64,000 bases of DNA from Lingula anatina (Eukaryota; Animalia; Brachiopoda). Made by a program: the position numbers and the translations under genes. The stretch's first letter is position 1. Every line of letters begins with the position of its first letter. Shown in pieces: positions 1-55,222 of the stretch. Below the pieces are notes generated by a model, which ran no database searches, was not told where the DNA came from, and saw only the letters and a program-made list of their open reading frames with translations. The stretch is from assembly GCA_051362555.1 (NCBI GenBank), contig CM120640.1, positions 20,150,001 to 20,214,000 on the forward strand. Direction: 5' to 3'.

Positions 1-81
1 ATTTTGGTAAAATATGTATATTTTAATTCAATAATTCATTTGTCATTATGGCATGCTTTAGACAGAATTGTTGTATTTCAG

Positions 82-254
82 TACAAACAACAAAGAGTAC
101 AAGCAAGTCTTCGGCTTCAAGTACCCCTATACTGACAGCAGCCACACCTGACTCACCCAAGAGGAAAAGAACTCGCCAGACACATTCACAAACTAGTAGC
201 CCTGCCACGGGAAGTGAGGGAACACCTTCAACTAAAAGAGCAAGGAGAATATGA
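82..254 (+). CDS. Terminal coding exon of an upstream gene, probably MRG/MORF4L-binding protein (NuA4 subunit)
   Basis: Acceptor tatttcag ends at 81. The frame reads (V)QTTKSTSKSSASSTPILTAATPDSPKRKRTRQTHSQTSSPATGSEGTPSTKRARRI-stop. The KRKRTR...S/T/P-rich...KRxRR end resembles MRGBP C-termini from memory. AATAAA at 821 and 860. Identity is an inference from a low-complexity tail plus synteny. Confidence 0.5.
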
Positions 255-2058
255 CTGCTTACCTTAATAGGAAATAGGTTAAGCACAAAAAATGAAAAGC
301 AATTCCTAAAGATAGGATGGTGATGATGCCTCTAGATCTTTTGGGATGTCGACTGTCACCTTCCAAAGGTGGAGAGAGGGCTTGAATGCCATGGCAGCTC
401 TCAGTTTACTTGATAGTGGGCAGAGTCCAGTGGCGTGAGATAGCAGAGTCATTTGTTCAGTGCATGGCTCTTTTTAGATACAGTATTTCGACTCAAATGT
501 GAGAAAGTTGACCAACTGGCATATCAGGTTAGCAGTTTCTATTTCAGTCCTTTAAGTGTTTTTTTTTTTCTTCTTTTCTTTTTTTTTGCTGCATTTCAGT
601 AATTTTGAAATAATGAAATTAATGGCTCACCTGTTGATTGTTTTCATAGACACAGGTTCTGACTATATTAGCACATTCCTTCTCAAAGTGGAGCAAAGAT
701 ACTGTTGATAAAGTGAAGATGCCATTTGTTTGAGAAATCATAGTGTACCAGCAATTCTTTAGCATGACAAATCATTCATGCTCTGCTTTTATTATTATTT
801 TGTAAGTAAATACTGGTCAAAATAAAAATAGATCAAAATCAAAATCTTGTTTTGTGTTTAATAAAAAGCTTTTTATTGTATCAATAATTGGCATATTTTT
901 ACATTACTGGCAACCTGTTACCCGGTTCACGCACATTTCTGTCAAATACAGACAATTTCTCCATGACTAAGGTCCTAGTCACTCATATTAAAATAATACA
1001 ATAATATTCACATATAAGTTTACAATTATAAGCAACATTGCTTGTTATTAATCTATAATTCTTATAATTTTATTACATGCTATATAACACACTTGCCTTA
1101 AGTCAAGCAAAGTACCCAATTCTTTTAGTCCATGCTTGTTCTATAAACATCTGCATTGTGGATTCCTTTAACTCTTTGATTGCACTGTTCCCTTCAAAAA
1201 TGGGTAGGAAAGGTCATACTTGAAGAATTCAAACATGCATTATATAAATAGAATAAGGAAATGTCATAAACCATTTTGCTATGGTGCATTAAAAAAGTAC
1301 TTATTCAAATGGTCAGTGTGATGGGACAGCTCTATGATAAGTTCATCTCTGAGAACATAACACTTTTTTAATGGAGGTATGTAGTTTAAACAATGAGTCA
1401 AGCAAAATTTATATAAAATATTTCACGTTTACTCAGATGTAACTAAATGTTGGAGGTGAGATTACTTAACACACATGATTAAGTCACTATGTTTCCTCAA
1501 AATACTCCCAAGAATAACCAGGGAGACTGGTTGACGATGAAAACATTTTAACTAGCTGCAATAACATCACTGACATATAAAATTACACTTAATGTGGTGT
1601 TTTAAAGAAAAAAATTCAAATACTTTTACAAACTACATTGAAAGTAAGATGAGCTTGAATGCTGAACTCTTCTATTTGGCAACGAATGTTGTTACAATTT
1701 CAGTTTCAATTTCTAAACATGACACCATATCCAATAATTAATCTCATCATCCACTTTCAAACTTCTCCAAGTATTATGGTTCAGTAAGTTTACAACAACA
1801 ATACTAGTCTCACCTAAGAGGTGATTTAACCCTGTTTAACCTTCACTTAGAACCACCTGTTCCTGCAGTGTCACCTTTAAGACAATATCACTTCCGACTC
1901 TATTTTATAGCAAGTCTGTGGGTGAAATAAATAAAATTGAGCTAAGAGCCCATGTCTTATGTATGACATAAAAATCCAAATTTGTCTATGTTGTAAAAAC
2001 GGTAACTTTGGTCACAAGAAGAGTTGTGAAACAGGCTCCAGCATTGCTGCTGTATTTT

Positions 2059-43577
<41,519 letters not shown>

Positions 43578-43922
43578 ATCGGGGGCAGGTTATTTGACAG
43601 TTTCCAAAAATACCGATATTTCCTCTACCTCCAGTGCTAAAATGGCGACTCTGCTTCCTGTCTCTTTTTCGATTTTAAATTCATTTGATAACGAGACTAA
43701 TGAATTTACCTAAAAGTTTGGAAGGAGAAATATAATGAAGAAGAAATAAAGTTTTGACAAGTTTTTTTATGAGAATGATAGATGTAAATACCTGTTAATT
43801 ACATTTTTTTAATTATGCATAATAAGTTCAGTTTAAGTGAATACCATGAGTGCAATTTGTCACATGGCTTCATTACAAGTATGAAGTTCATGAAACTTTA
43901 CGGCTGTGGTTTATAAACAAAG
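43578..43922. promoter_or_regulatory. Bidirectional promoter shared by MIB1 and CABLES
   Basis: The two ATGs diverge and are 345 bp apart. YY1-like AAAATGGCG near 43639 and ETS-like CTTCCTG near 43654. Both first exons are CpG-rich. Confidence 0.8.
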
Positions 43923-46900
43923 ATGTCTACCTCCACGAAAAAACATCGGTCGAGAAGAAGGGTCGCTGCTTTGAACTTTTTATCGAATATTTCATTGGAT
44001 GGCACACACAGAGACACGAAATATGCAATATTCAATAGAAGGGGGTTCATTAGAACGAGCAGTAACCAGAGACAGAAGGAAAAGAATGGAGAAAAAGAAC
44101 CCAAATTGGACGAAAGTAGTGGAGAGACGATTATTCCTTCGTCAACATCGACAATTGAAGCGGAGCAGTCGGTTCCACCGGTATCAGTGCCGCAGCGAAA
44201 TACATTTACTGTTAAATGTGATGTATATGACGATGGGAATGAGGACGCTGTGCCCGCGATATCTCCTACTAAACGCCACAGGTGTGCATTTGGATTTTTG
44301 TCTTCGACCTATGTCTTTATGTTATATAGTGCCATTGGAGGCTTTACGTAACTTGGAAAATCAAATTGAAGCAATTTTTGATCAGCAAAATAATTAAAGA
44401 GAAATATTTAATCAGTTCTTACACCCTTTGATGTCATATTCAGTATTATGGATTCGCTTTGTTTAGGTTTGAAAAACCAACAAATATATCATTCAGCTTC
44501 TTCCTTATCTTTTCCCAGGCTGCTTTATCGTTAAACCAAAGATGTTCACATGAATACAGTTTTTTCTCTTAAAGATGACTGTTACTGTATTTCATTCTTT
44601 TTCTTCTTCCTTGCCTGCACTGTTTAAGGCTGTATTCCCAGAGCTTTTAGATCAACTTAAAAGAAAACATCCAAAGAAAATGTGGATAAATTTGTCAACT
44701 GTTATTCACTGCTCCACTATAATCACTAGACTGTCATTATTTCTGTTCCTACTCTCCTCCAAACCCTGCAAAATATTGGGCACCTGAATATGAAACTTTG
44801 GGGTTATCTTAGTGATTCCCATTTAAACACCTTACATATATATATCCATTTCAGGTAAACATCACTTGTCTTGTTTGTGTAAGAGTTATATGTTGGAAAT
44901 TGAATTTTAAATTTCTTTCAGTGAATTAGATGACATGCCAAACTCAACTTCACCTAGGTAAACTTGTGACTACTCACTTGAGTGGTGTTCAACAGTTTTT
45001 AACAGTTAGATTTAATTAATTTTTGTTGGTGTGAATATTATTAATTCTTTAATGCTTTTTTTTTTTCACTTTAGTTTCACCCTATAAAGGATTGCTGTTC
45101 TGTCCTTTGTGCACAATTTGAGTAGCATGACCTTGTTAAAAATGAAACGAACAAAAAACTCCTTTGACATTATCTTTTGGAAATAGGTTGTTCTGTCATC
45201 ACCATAAAGACCCTACCTTTAAAACTTAGGTGAGCAAGATGAAATTTTGCTTCAAAGTGATTTTTTTTTTCAACTGCACCAGCAGCTCTCTTTATTTATG
45301 TAGAACAAATTGTTTTCATTGTGTTTACAAGGACAGTTACAAGGTATGTTGCAGTATTGTTTTCATTATGTGTTCAAAGGACACAGTCCATAGGTGTTTA
45401 CAAGCCCACAACAGCATGCTTCATGTATGCAGTGATGAAGGAATGCCTAAAAAGATTACACAATGTTTTTAAGCAGAGATTAGTGAGGAACAGAAAATAT
45501 GGGCAAGAAAGGGGAGGTGGCTGTCTTACTCTTGGATCTTTCACTTCAGTCAGTTTACATTTAATTCACTGTCAGCAGTGTCAGCAGCATGCTTCATGTA
45601 TGCAGTGATGAAAGAATGCCTAAAAAATTGCACCATGTTTTAAAGCAGAGATTAGCGAGGAGCAGAAAATATTGGCAAGAAAGGGGGAGGGAGTTTCTAC
45701 TTTTGGATCTTTCACTTCAGTCAGTTTACATTTAATGCACTGTTAGCAGTGTCAGCTAAAGCACAACATGGGTCTCTTGGTTTTTTTTTTTTTTTGTGAT
45801 TTTTTTCTTTCTTTCAGTTAGGCTTATCTGACTCTTTATATACTGCAGTTTGCACTAAGTACACCGAATGATTGTGGTTCAAATGGGTTGAGTTACATAA
45901 TGAGAATGCTTTTTACTTTTGGAGAATTCCACAGTGTTTTGGACAAAAATAGATAGCAGTGAAATGAAAGTCATATTTGCTTGGTAAATGTTGAAGATAT
46001 TTTTTTCTCATTTAAAAGTAGTCTCCTAAACAAAATCTTGCCTCAGCATGTCTTTATGTTGATTTACTCACCCTTACCACAACCAATTGACTGTGGAAAA
46101 ATAGGAATCCAGTTCCTTTTTAAACACAATTCTGTTGTGGTAGCCTTTTAAACATTTTGCTGCACTTCAAAAGGCATATAAACTGAAAATGGTAATTAGT
46201 CAGTGTAAAAGGCTACAAGGAGTCAACATTGTTATCTACCCCTCTACTACATTCAAAATACTGTGAAATGACACTTTTGAGCCACAGTGTAATAATACTC
46301 CAGTTAATTGATATGCAGTTGTTGAATTTAGATCCATACTCGTGTCCTTTGTTATAATTATCTTATACCATCTCAGTTGGAATTAAGCCATCAACAGTGG
46401 CCATCAAGAACAAGAGGGTGGATCACTCCTAAGCAACTGCTTATTGGTGAAAGGAAAAAAAAAAAGATATTGATTTAACTGTTCATTAAATTACACGCAT
46501 AAGTACAATTTACACATTGTAAAGGTTCTGAAAGCTTGATGTCTATTTGAAGTGTGACTTTTTCACCAAGAGCTGTGTGTTTGATGTTGAATGGGTATGT
46601 TTTATCTGCATGCTTTATGGTGCTGTCTTATTTACAATACAACACATCCGAATATTGTGTATGCATGTTACTACCTTTTGACAAGTTCAATAACACTTGC
46701 TATTTTGCAGTGATATGAGGGCATTAGCCCTTTTTAAACAACTTATGAGTAGATGGTAATTTAATGGATGGATTATGAATGCTAACTGACAGTTGTGTTA
46801 TGTTTTTTGTGAATTGTGTGTCTTAGTAAGTTCTTCTGTTATAGTTACTATCTTTTATGAACAAGCTATAAAATTATAATCATTTCTATGTCTTCTCATT

Positions 46901-49900
46901 AAGATATATTAGAATAAAAAGGTAACATCACTTGACTCATTTAAGGTGATAAAATAGCTATTGTGTTGGCAGCATTTAATAATGTAAGTAACAAATATTT
47001 TCCAAAACAGTTTAGTTTGACCAATTAATCAAAATGCAGATTGTTATTTGTGAACCAATATGACATTTCCAATTGTTCAAAATTATGCATTTTAACACAG
47101 ACAGTAAAGGTAGTTATTGTTTGATGTGATTTGGAAAAGGTATGTCAAACAGTCTTAAAATTGTTTTTGATAATATGATTTTCAATTTTAGGGTCCACAC
47201 TTATTCATGCGAAAGGGAGCGAGTTTCCAGGAAAAATCTCTTTAGTCAGTTTTCCACAGAGACAACAGCAAGTGCTGGAAGTTCTACAAGCAACTCTACC
47301 TTAGAGCAATTGGGTCAGTTTATAGGTAAAGATTTTGAAAGAAAAGCATTTAAATGACTTTTCTACTTTTTATTAAATTTAATAAACATAGGTTGACTTA
47401 CGATTTAAAGGGAATGAGAAATATGTGTTCTTGATATAATGCAGTTAATGGATTGTTAATTTATCCTTCTTTTCAGGGTACTGTTTATTGTGTGCACATA
47501 CATGGATGTGTAAGTACACACGTTTGTTTGTGTGTAGGTAGGTATTTTTGCATTATATATTGTGACATGTTTTGCAAATTTTTATGGTCATTCAGTGGAG
47601 CGCACTCGAGAGAGAATTCGACACAGGTCAAACTCAACATCCACAGAATCCTACTGTGAGTCCACTGTGGTTCAACCAAAAGGAGAAGTCAAGTATCATA
47701 TGCCAAAAGAGAAAGTTTTCAGGGGAGAGAGGTGATTACATAGTATTAGTACAAACTTATTTGCTGCTTGCAAATGTCTGAATATGAATTTCAGTATTAT
47801 CATGCCTTCATTATTCTTAGTTTTTGAAAAATCTTCTATTTAGGCTCCGAATAATGAATTCTTCCTCTCACTTTTATTTGATTATTATGATTATTTTACT
47901 TATAAAGGGATTTTTAGCACATTAACTTTACTCCAATAGTTTAAAACCACATGCAAATTTTTATTATATTATGGTATTTTCCTTTGTTTCATAGGGTCAT
48001 TGTTCTGTCCAAGAAAAAAGTGCCAGTCATAGCATATTCTGTGTTGCCATACACAAGACAAAGCCAACAAGGGATCCTAAATAAGTAAGTTCCTAACCAA
48101 TGTTTGTAACAGGTATTTTTGTGCCTTCTGTCCTTGTGAAATATGTTCTTCTGACAAATATGTCCTCTATCTAATCATTTTTTGTTTTCCTCATTCTAGT
48201 GGAACTTTGCTGAAGTTAAAGCAAGAAGAAAATGTCAGTCTTTCATGTGTCATGCTTTGAGGTCACATCAGGTATTTCTCAAATGAATTTATTTTAAACA
48301 CACATTTAGATAAGTAAACTGGTAGCAACACTGTATTTTCTTTCACTAGGTCAGAGGGATTAACAGAAACGTTTCGCACACGGCGTTACTCTGGCAACCG
48401 ACCTCTGTCTGTGAGCCAGGAAGGTATCTTGGGACTTGGGCTGCAGGCAGTGGAACAAGTAGAAGATGGACAGGTAACACTTATGTAGACTGGTTCACAT
48501 AATCAGGGGCCGATTGGGGCAGTCTTCTGAGTCTTCTGGAAGACAGTCAGTTTACATTGATGGTTATCTTATTTTTTCTGTCGGAAGACGGTCAAAAATG
48601 GAGGATGGATCATCAAATCTAATTTGGAAGACTGTCAGCTCTGGATCCACCCTTGATCATGAAGATTGTATCAGAAGTGGTTCTCGGATGAATATGCAAC
48701 TTGATTAAGCAGTCAAATTTATAATTGGAGTTAACTTTTATTGTATCAAGGGCTGTCCTTCCTTACAATTTTATACCCTTATCAACAAACTACAAGTAGA
48801 GCATTGTTGTCCCTCTTAGTCATAAATTTTTGAAAATTTAGTATGTTTGTGCAAAAGATATATTAATTCATTGTTTCAATTGACTTTTATGTCTTTTCTA
48901 TTTATGAACTTATCATCTGGATATTTTCTCTAGGATGTATCCTACAGTCAGTTCCTAGTCAGTTCTTCAGATCGGCCACTGCAGCGTTTTTTATCTGCTG
49001 AAAGGATGCATTTGACTGGGGCAGACTCCGTTCCTGCTAGTCCTGGTAAGGGATTACTGCTAGAAATTTACTATTGCTAAGAGGCACACAGTGCATGTAA
49101 GGTCTTCCTTAAACAAAATTTTAATATTCTTGAAAATTTCCAAATTTTTCCTTAATCACCAATCTGTATATTATATCCAAAACCACTAACAGATTTACTA
49201 TCCATACATCCGTTTTATAATGTCTCGGCAGTATTATCTATTACTAATATTCTCTGCTTTGCTGGCTTTAGACATATGAATAAAAATGTTTCAATATACA
49301 ATGATTAAAATCTAAATGTGCAAAATGTGCATATATAGTTATGTTTATCTTGATAGTGATTACTCATTCAAACATTCTACACTGTACTGTTTATACCCCA
49401 CATTTACGATAAAAAAAGTCATTTGGTTTATAGGCATTATGCTTTGAGTTGCTTTATCTTGTGCAGAAATTCCACTGAAAGGCACACAGGCCATGGAAGA
49501 ATGGCTACGATTGTGCAGACGTAAGATATTTGTTGTGAGGCATGTTGCTACATATGTTTAGCATTTGAATCTTGATTGAGCATTTTTGTCATTAATCCTG
49601 CCCCCAGATTCATTGTTATACAAACAGATTTTTGTTTCCATATTGTGTGATCGTCTCATTTTCCTAGAAAGCGTGTTTTCTGATATATCATAACCTAGAA
49701 TAGCAGTGATTCTAACTTGTTCCACCCATGGAATGAGTTTTTGTGCCAATGTGTAGTGTCCCTGTTGCCATTAAACAGATTTTTTATTGTATACAGTATA
49801 TCTTTCAGTATATACATATGTACATGTATGTGCTGGAACTCACCTTTCCAGTTCTTCACACAAATATACATTTAAATCTTGGATCATTTTGTACAGAAAT

Positions 49901-50573
49901 AAGTATTCAGTCCATTTATGCACTTTTGACAGAAGGTTTACTTTTAATAAATTCAGATAATTTTTATATCACACACCCCCAACTCACCCTCAATCTATAT
50001 TCTTGTGGATTGTCCCTAGTGCGACTTTAGTTTCCCTTTGTGTCCTTAAATACGTAAAAGATTGTTGCACTCTACCTGAGCACAATTTTCGTCTGTATGC
50101 ATGGCAACTGAATGCTCTTCCAACCCACAAGTAAAACACAAACATTTTTTTGTGTATGATTAGTTCCATTTCCATTATATAACATGATTTAAACCTTGAT
50201 GTTATTTAGTGAAAGTGTGAAGGTGCAGTTCATTCCCTTTTGGTTTTGTTTGTTTTTTCATCTGAAGATTATGTCCCTTTTGTATATTTCTGTTATATTT
50301 CTTAACAGGAATGTGTTATTAATGTTTGGTTTAGTTCTTTGATACCCAATGCACATATTATCCCAACTCAGAAGTAAGAATAAAAACCCTTCTTAGACTA
50401 ATGATATTTTGATATTTGCTGTAGTGTTCCTATTTGATCAGAATAACAGCAGTAAATATTGGTTTCTGTGCAAGTGAAATTCCTGGATTTATTGTTTCAA
50501 AGTTACTCAACAAATTTCAATAAGAAAGAAATTTGGAGAAAGATTAGGAACAAGGGAACTTAGATCCCCAAAC

Positions 50574-50624
<51 letters not shown>

Positions 50625-53581
50625 TCTATCATTTTTATTAAATGCGCAAAAGAGGAGACAAAAACTTAATACAAATCACAGAAATCATGTTTATGATTCA
50701 CCACCTCTACCAGCATGGTGACCATTGCATTTTTATTGCATTTTCCCTCAACAGGTCTGCAGCATGGTGCTCCCTTTTTCCGAAGTGGGTCACATGACCC
50801 AACCCTTTCACTCAATTGGGGAACGAGTAATTTATCACATTCTCCTTTTCTGGATAAAGGTAAAGTGAAAGGATAGTTTGATTTTCTCCTGTTTAGTATA
50901 TAGTATCATTTTAAAAGTATCATTTACAAAGGATTGCCAATATTACCAAAAGGAATACTGTAATATTGAGAACTATTGCATTACAGCTCTTAAAGTGCAT
51001 AGATTTGTTGTTAAACATGATACTACCTCTAGAATATCATCCCATATCAAAGAAAGTCAATGATAAAAAAATTAGAATACACATGGATTGTTAAATGGAA
51101 ATCTTTAGATCTTTGAAAAAAATCCAGCATGATCAAGTTAGGCATGCCAAATGAATGAAAAAATTCATTTGAATGGGTGGTTTGGTTTTTGTTGATGTTG
51201 TTGGTACATTAGTTGCAAGTCTGTACATTAATATTGTTGCCTTTATTAAATGATTATATTAATGGAGTAGATAACCTCACATTCCTGCCACAATATTGTA
51301 TGGTTTTAAGGTGATGTAATGATGTAGAAATACATGAAAATACTTAACTGCAGAGTTATAAACAAATATGACAAGGTTGTGTAAGTATGATGGATGTACT
51401 TTAGAATATTAAAAACACTATCATTTGAGATGAGATTTTTTAACCCTAATGTACCATACCATGTATCATTTTGACCACTGCTAAGCAGAATGTTAGATGT
51501 TTTGCCTTTTTTGGAAAAGAATGTCAAATATATCCTATATAATTTGGTTTTACGACATATCAAGTATTACCATAAAATTTAATTCACTGCAAAATCTGAT
51601 CAGCAGTATTTGATGGCGCATGAAAGATGCTGTAGTGAACCCAGTGAATTATTTCAGGGAAAACAAGAAGGAGATTAAAGATAAGTTTGATGGTTATTTT
51701 CCAGTGGCAGAACACAGTTTGAGTGCAGACTTGTATGATCCCAATTCTTTAGATGACCCAGAGTTGAGAGCAGGCAAACACAGGACCTTATTGAACTTTC
51801 CTTCATACATAGTAAGTGTCCTGATACTTGGACATCTTTTACAAAATTGATGTCAAATGGCAATATGTATTCAACTTAAACTCATTCATAAATTGATTGA
51901 AAATTGCTATTGAAATTTAAAATTAAAGCATATATACAGACTTCAGGTTGTGCATTATAATTAAGCTGATAGTTTCTTGCAGTTGATTAAAATAGCAATA
52001 AAGATAAAGTTCTAATTCGACATGCTTCATCAGTATGATTACCAGACATTCATCTCGTTTTTCAGACATCAGTGATAGATTATGTGAAACCCTCTGATTT
52101 GAAGAAAGACTTGAATGAACAGTTCAAGGAGAGGTTCCCACATGTTAACATCACACTCAGTAAATTAAGGAAGTAAGTTTTTTGCTTGTAATTTTTTACT
52201 TTTTTACTTGGAATTGAGGATATCTTGTACTCTTATACTCTATGTGCTGTTTGCAGTTAAAACATTAATCATTACAGCTGATAACAAGTTGTATTAGGTT
52301 TTGCTTGCTTCAGTTAGTTCTTCACAAATTTCTGCAGCATTTCATTTCATATGAATCACCTCACAGTTTTTTTTTTTCAGCATCAAAAAGGAAATGAAGA
52401 AAATCGTTTATGGGAAGGTGTGTTACAAATGGGTTCTTTGAATCTAAATGCAGTGGTTCAGTTTGTTTTGTAACAATGTGTTTTATAAATGACTTAATAT
52501 CTGGTCTGCATCTGGGGCTTTCTATCACATAAATGGCACAATTTCTAGATAGGAACTGATAGACAAAATACATCTTGGACTCATGAAATGATGTCCTCAA
52601 TGATGACAATGTTTGGCATTTCAGTGCAATAAAAGAGACTACAGAGATTTGTGGGTCGTGGCTCAGTCATATGTGTACTTTGAAAAGTTGATATTAAAGG
52701 TAAGAATGCAGGTGCTATACATTCCACTAAGGATTAAAAGCTATTTTTTTACTATACATATTTTTGTGGATATTTTTGCACCTTAGCAGATAGAAATAGA
52801 CTTTTTTTGTTAAAAAGCGATAAAGTGCTTGATCAAAGAGCAATAAAATACTTGATTAAATTAATTGAAAGTTTTTTTCAGTCAAAGTATATTAATATCC
52901 TTGATGCTGTTGATAAATGTGCTTTACATAATTTTCTCATTTAAACCATATGCAGTGCGTTTTCCATATTATCCTGTTTACAGGGACTGATAAATAAACA
53001 GAACAGAAAGCTGGTGGCAGGTGCCTCTTTGATGTTATCTGCCAAGCTGAATGATGTCAAAGGAGGTGACTTCACTCATTTAATGGAGGTAAACCTAAAA
53101 ATAATAACCAAATTTAAAAGGCTGGATGTTGCAAAGAGACCAAGTTGAAGAAGATCCATTTCTGTGTGTGTGTGTGTGTATGAAATAAAGTGTCTGCATG
53201 CTAAGCGTTGATGAAGTCATATCCTGGTTATTCATTGGATGTTTGTGTAGCATTAAAATTGTCAGTATGTTCCATTTAGAAATATTTTGTTGTGAAGTGA
53301 TAAAAGACTTCGTCAAGTGAATTTTCCTATAATATATACTGTCATTTGTTATGCCACGGTACTTGTGTAGATTTAACAGTAGCAATATTTTTGCTACTAC
53401 CAGTACTCTGTTCTTGATGTAGATTTATATCTGGATATTTCAGGAATTGGAAACTGTGTTTAGACTTCACAGGAAAGAGCTTGTTGCTTTTGAATTTGCC
53501 GTTTTGGTTGCACTGGAATTCTCCCTGCATTTGCCAGACTGCGAGATCTACCCACACTTCCAGAGATTAGTTTATCAGTAG
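43923..53581 (+). CDS. CABLES1: CDK5 and ABL1 enzyme substrate (CABLES family, C-terminal cyclin-like box); 13 exons, about 542 aa
   Basis: Exons: 43923-44281, 47192-47325, 47596-47731, 47995-48084, 48350-48473, 48934-49045, 50755-50859, 51705-51811, 52066-52172, 52381-52417, 52625-52699, 52984-53088, 53444-53581 (1629 nt, in phase). Motifs: [17 protein letters not shown]; [26 protein letters not shown]; [26 protein letters not shown]; [15 protein letters not shown]; [20 protein letters not shown]; [16 protein letters not shown]. Probably co-orthologous to vertebrate CABLES1 and CABLES2. Confidence 0.96.
45412..45756. repeat. Two-copy tandem duplication, 173 bp unit, in CABLES intron 1
   Basis: cagcatgcttcatgtatgcagtgatgaa...cagtgtcag starts at 45412 and again at 45585 with scattered differences. 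Confidence 0.9.
50576..50618. repeat. (CA)n microsatellite
   Basis: About 21 CA units. Confidence 0.95.
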
Positions 53582-54759
53582 CCAATATGCTGTTGACTTT
53601 ATTCTGCCATTTTAGATGTTCTTGTAATGATTGTCATTAAATCAGTGATTTTGGGGAGGTCCAGACTAGAGAGAGTTGAGATGCCAGGAGAACTGTACCT
53701 GTAGACTTTTATGAGATTAGATATCGTGAACAAAATCAATTTCTTCGAATGATTTGGTGAGGCCCCACTGACTACCATTATATACCCAGATGGTTGATAA
53801 TTATTTTTGCAGGTGTGAAGTCTCACAACTCATAAGGATAAACAGAGTTTGTGTAAAGTGTGTGCAAATAATTAAGTAAACATGTGAGATTTCAAACCAC
53901 CGGACTATAGTTTAAAAGTAAGTGAAGTTCCATGTGGCGTAACAATAGGTAATTTAAGGTGAATTGTGAAAGGATTTCACCTCATGCTTCGACTGATGTT
54001 CATTTCAGCTGGCATTGTTTTGTAAATTTGAGGATAGTACCATATTTTCTTTTTTGTTGTTGTTTTCAAATTGATCTGATTACAGTGTCTCTCAACACAT
54101 GTCCCATGACTAATTTGTTTTGAGAAGTATGATTTAACAATGGCAGAGCATGCTTACTTCAGATGAAGAAGGGGGTGGTTGAAATACAAAATCAAATGGT
54201 AATTTTAAGTGATTATATTTTGAAATTCTGTACAGAAGTTATACAATTTGAATGCCCAGAAGTTGTTTTCACTAAGAGATGTTATTGTACATATTTTAAA
54301 TAACACAAGAATCAAATAAGGGCAATTTTGCCCATGTTAAGTTACAAGTTACATGGTGCTTGGTGCAATTTGAAGTGTTTATGCACAGAAGTTGTTTTGT
54401 AACATGCCAGGTGCTGTGAGTTATTGCAAATGACAACAGCTATTATTCTGTCCCAGAAAAAAAAAAGAGTCCCAAGCAACTTGAAAATTAAAAGATTTAA
54501 AAATGAAACGTATCATCTCTATATTAACATCAAAATTGTTCATCCATTGTTATGTTTCTGTTTCTACTTTTGTAAAGAAACTGTTACTGGTTAAATGTTT
54601 TTGCCACATATCTTTTTTCTTTCAAATTAAATGGATATTTCCATTTTGAGGCATGAAATTATGTTTTATATTATTTTTTATGGGGTATAATTTGTAATTA
54701 AGCTTGATATATCATGACATAAGTATTTATTAATTTTTTTTAATTTTTAAAAAATGATG

Positions 54760-54765
54760 AATAAA
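54760..54765 (+). terminator. Probable CABLES polyadenylation signal
   Basis: AATAAA about 1.2 kb after the stop, followed by a GT/T-rich tract (tgtgttttgtct). Confidence 0.55.
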
Positions 54766-55222
54766 CTCATCTTCTAAATGTGTTTTGTCTCCTTTTCAGC
54801 CGATGTTTTAATGCTCATTAATGATACAAGAAATTTGGTATGCTTGTTCAACTTTATTTTAAACCAATAGTCTCAAATGAAATCTATATTCCAGAGTCCA
54901 ATTTCAAATGAAAAAATATGTTCTCATTCCATCAGACGAGTGGATGGTAATGTCGTATACAACTTAAACAATTTTTCGTATCCAAACGTCCGCAACATTT
55001 TGGAGTGGTGTGAGACAGGTCCGTAGATGATGGATAACGTCCTTATCGCAGACATTTCCAATGCCTTCACGGAGAATTCACATGGCAAACTAGGTTTGCT
55101 AAACATTTGATCGATTTTTATACAGCCTACTAACCTAGTTTAATATACAAGTTATTAGATCCACCCCCCTCTCCGATCTTCCCTTTCTCCATCTCTCTCT
55201 CAACCTTAATTTGGCTTATTCC

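Noticed and set aside
262-271. Isolated CArG boxes at 262 and 45081
   Set aside because: Single CC(A/T)6GG hits are expected a few times in 64 kb of AT-rich DNA and have no supporting motifs.
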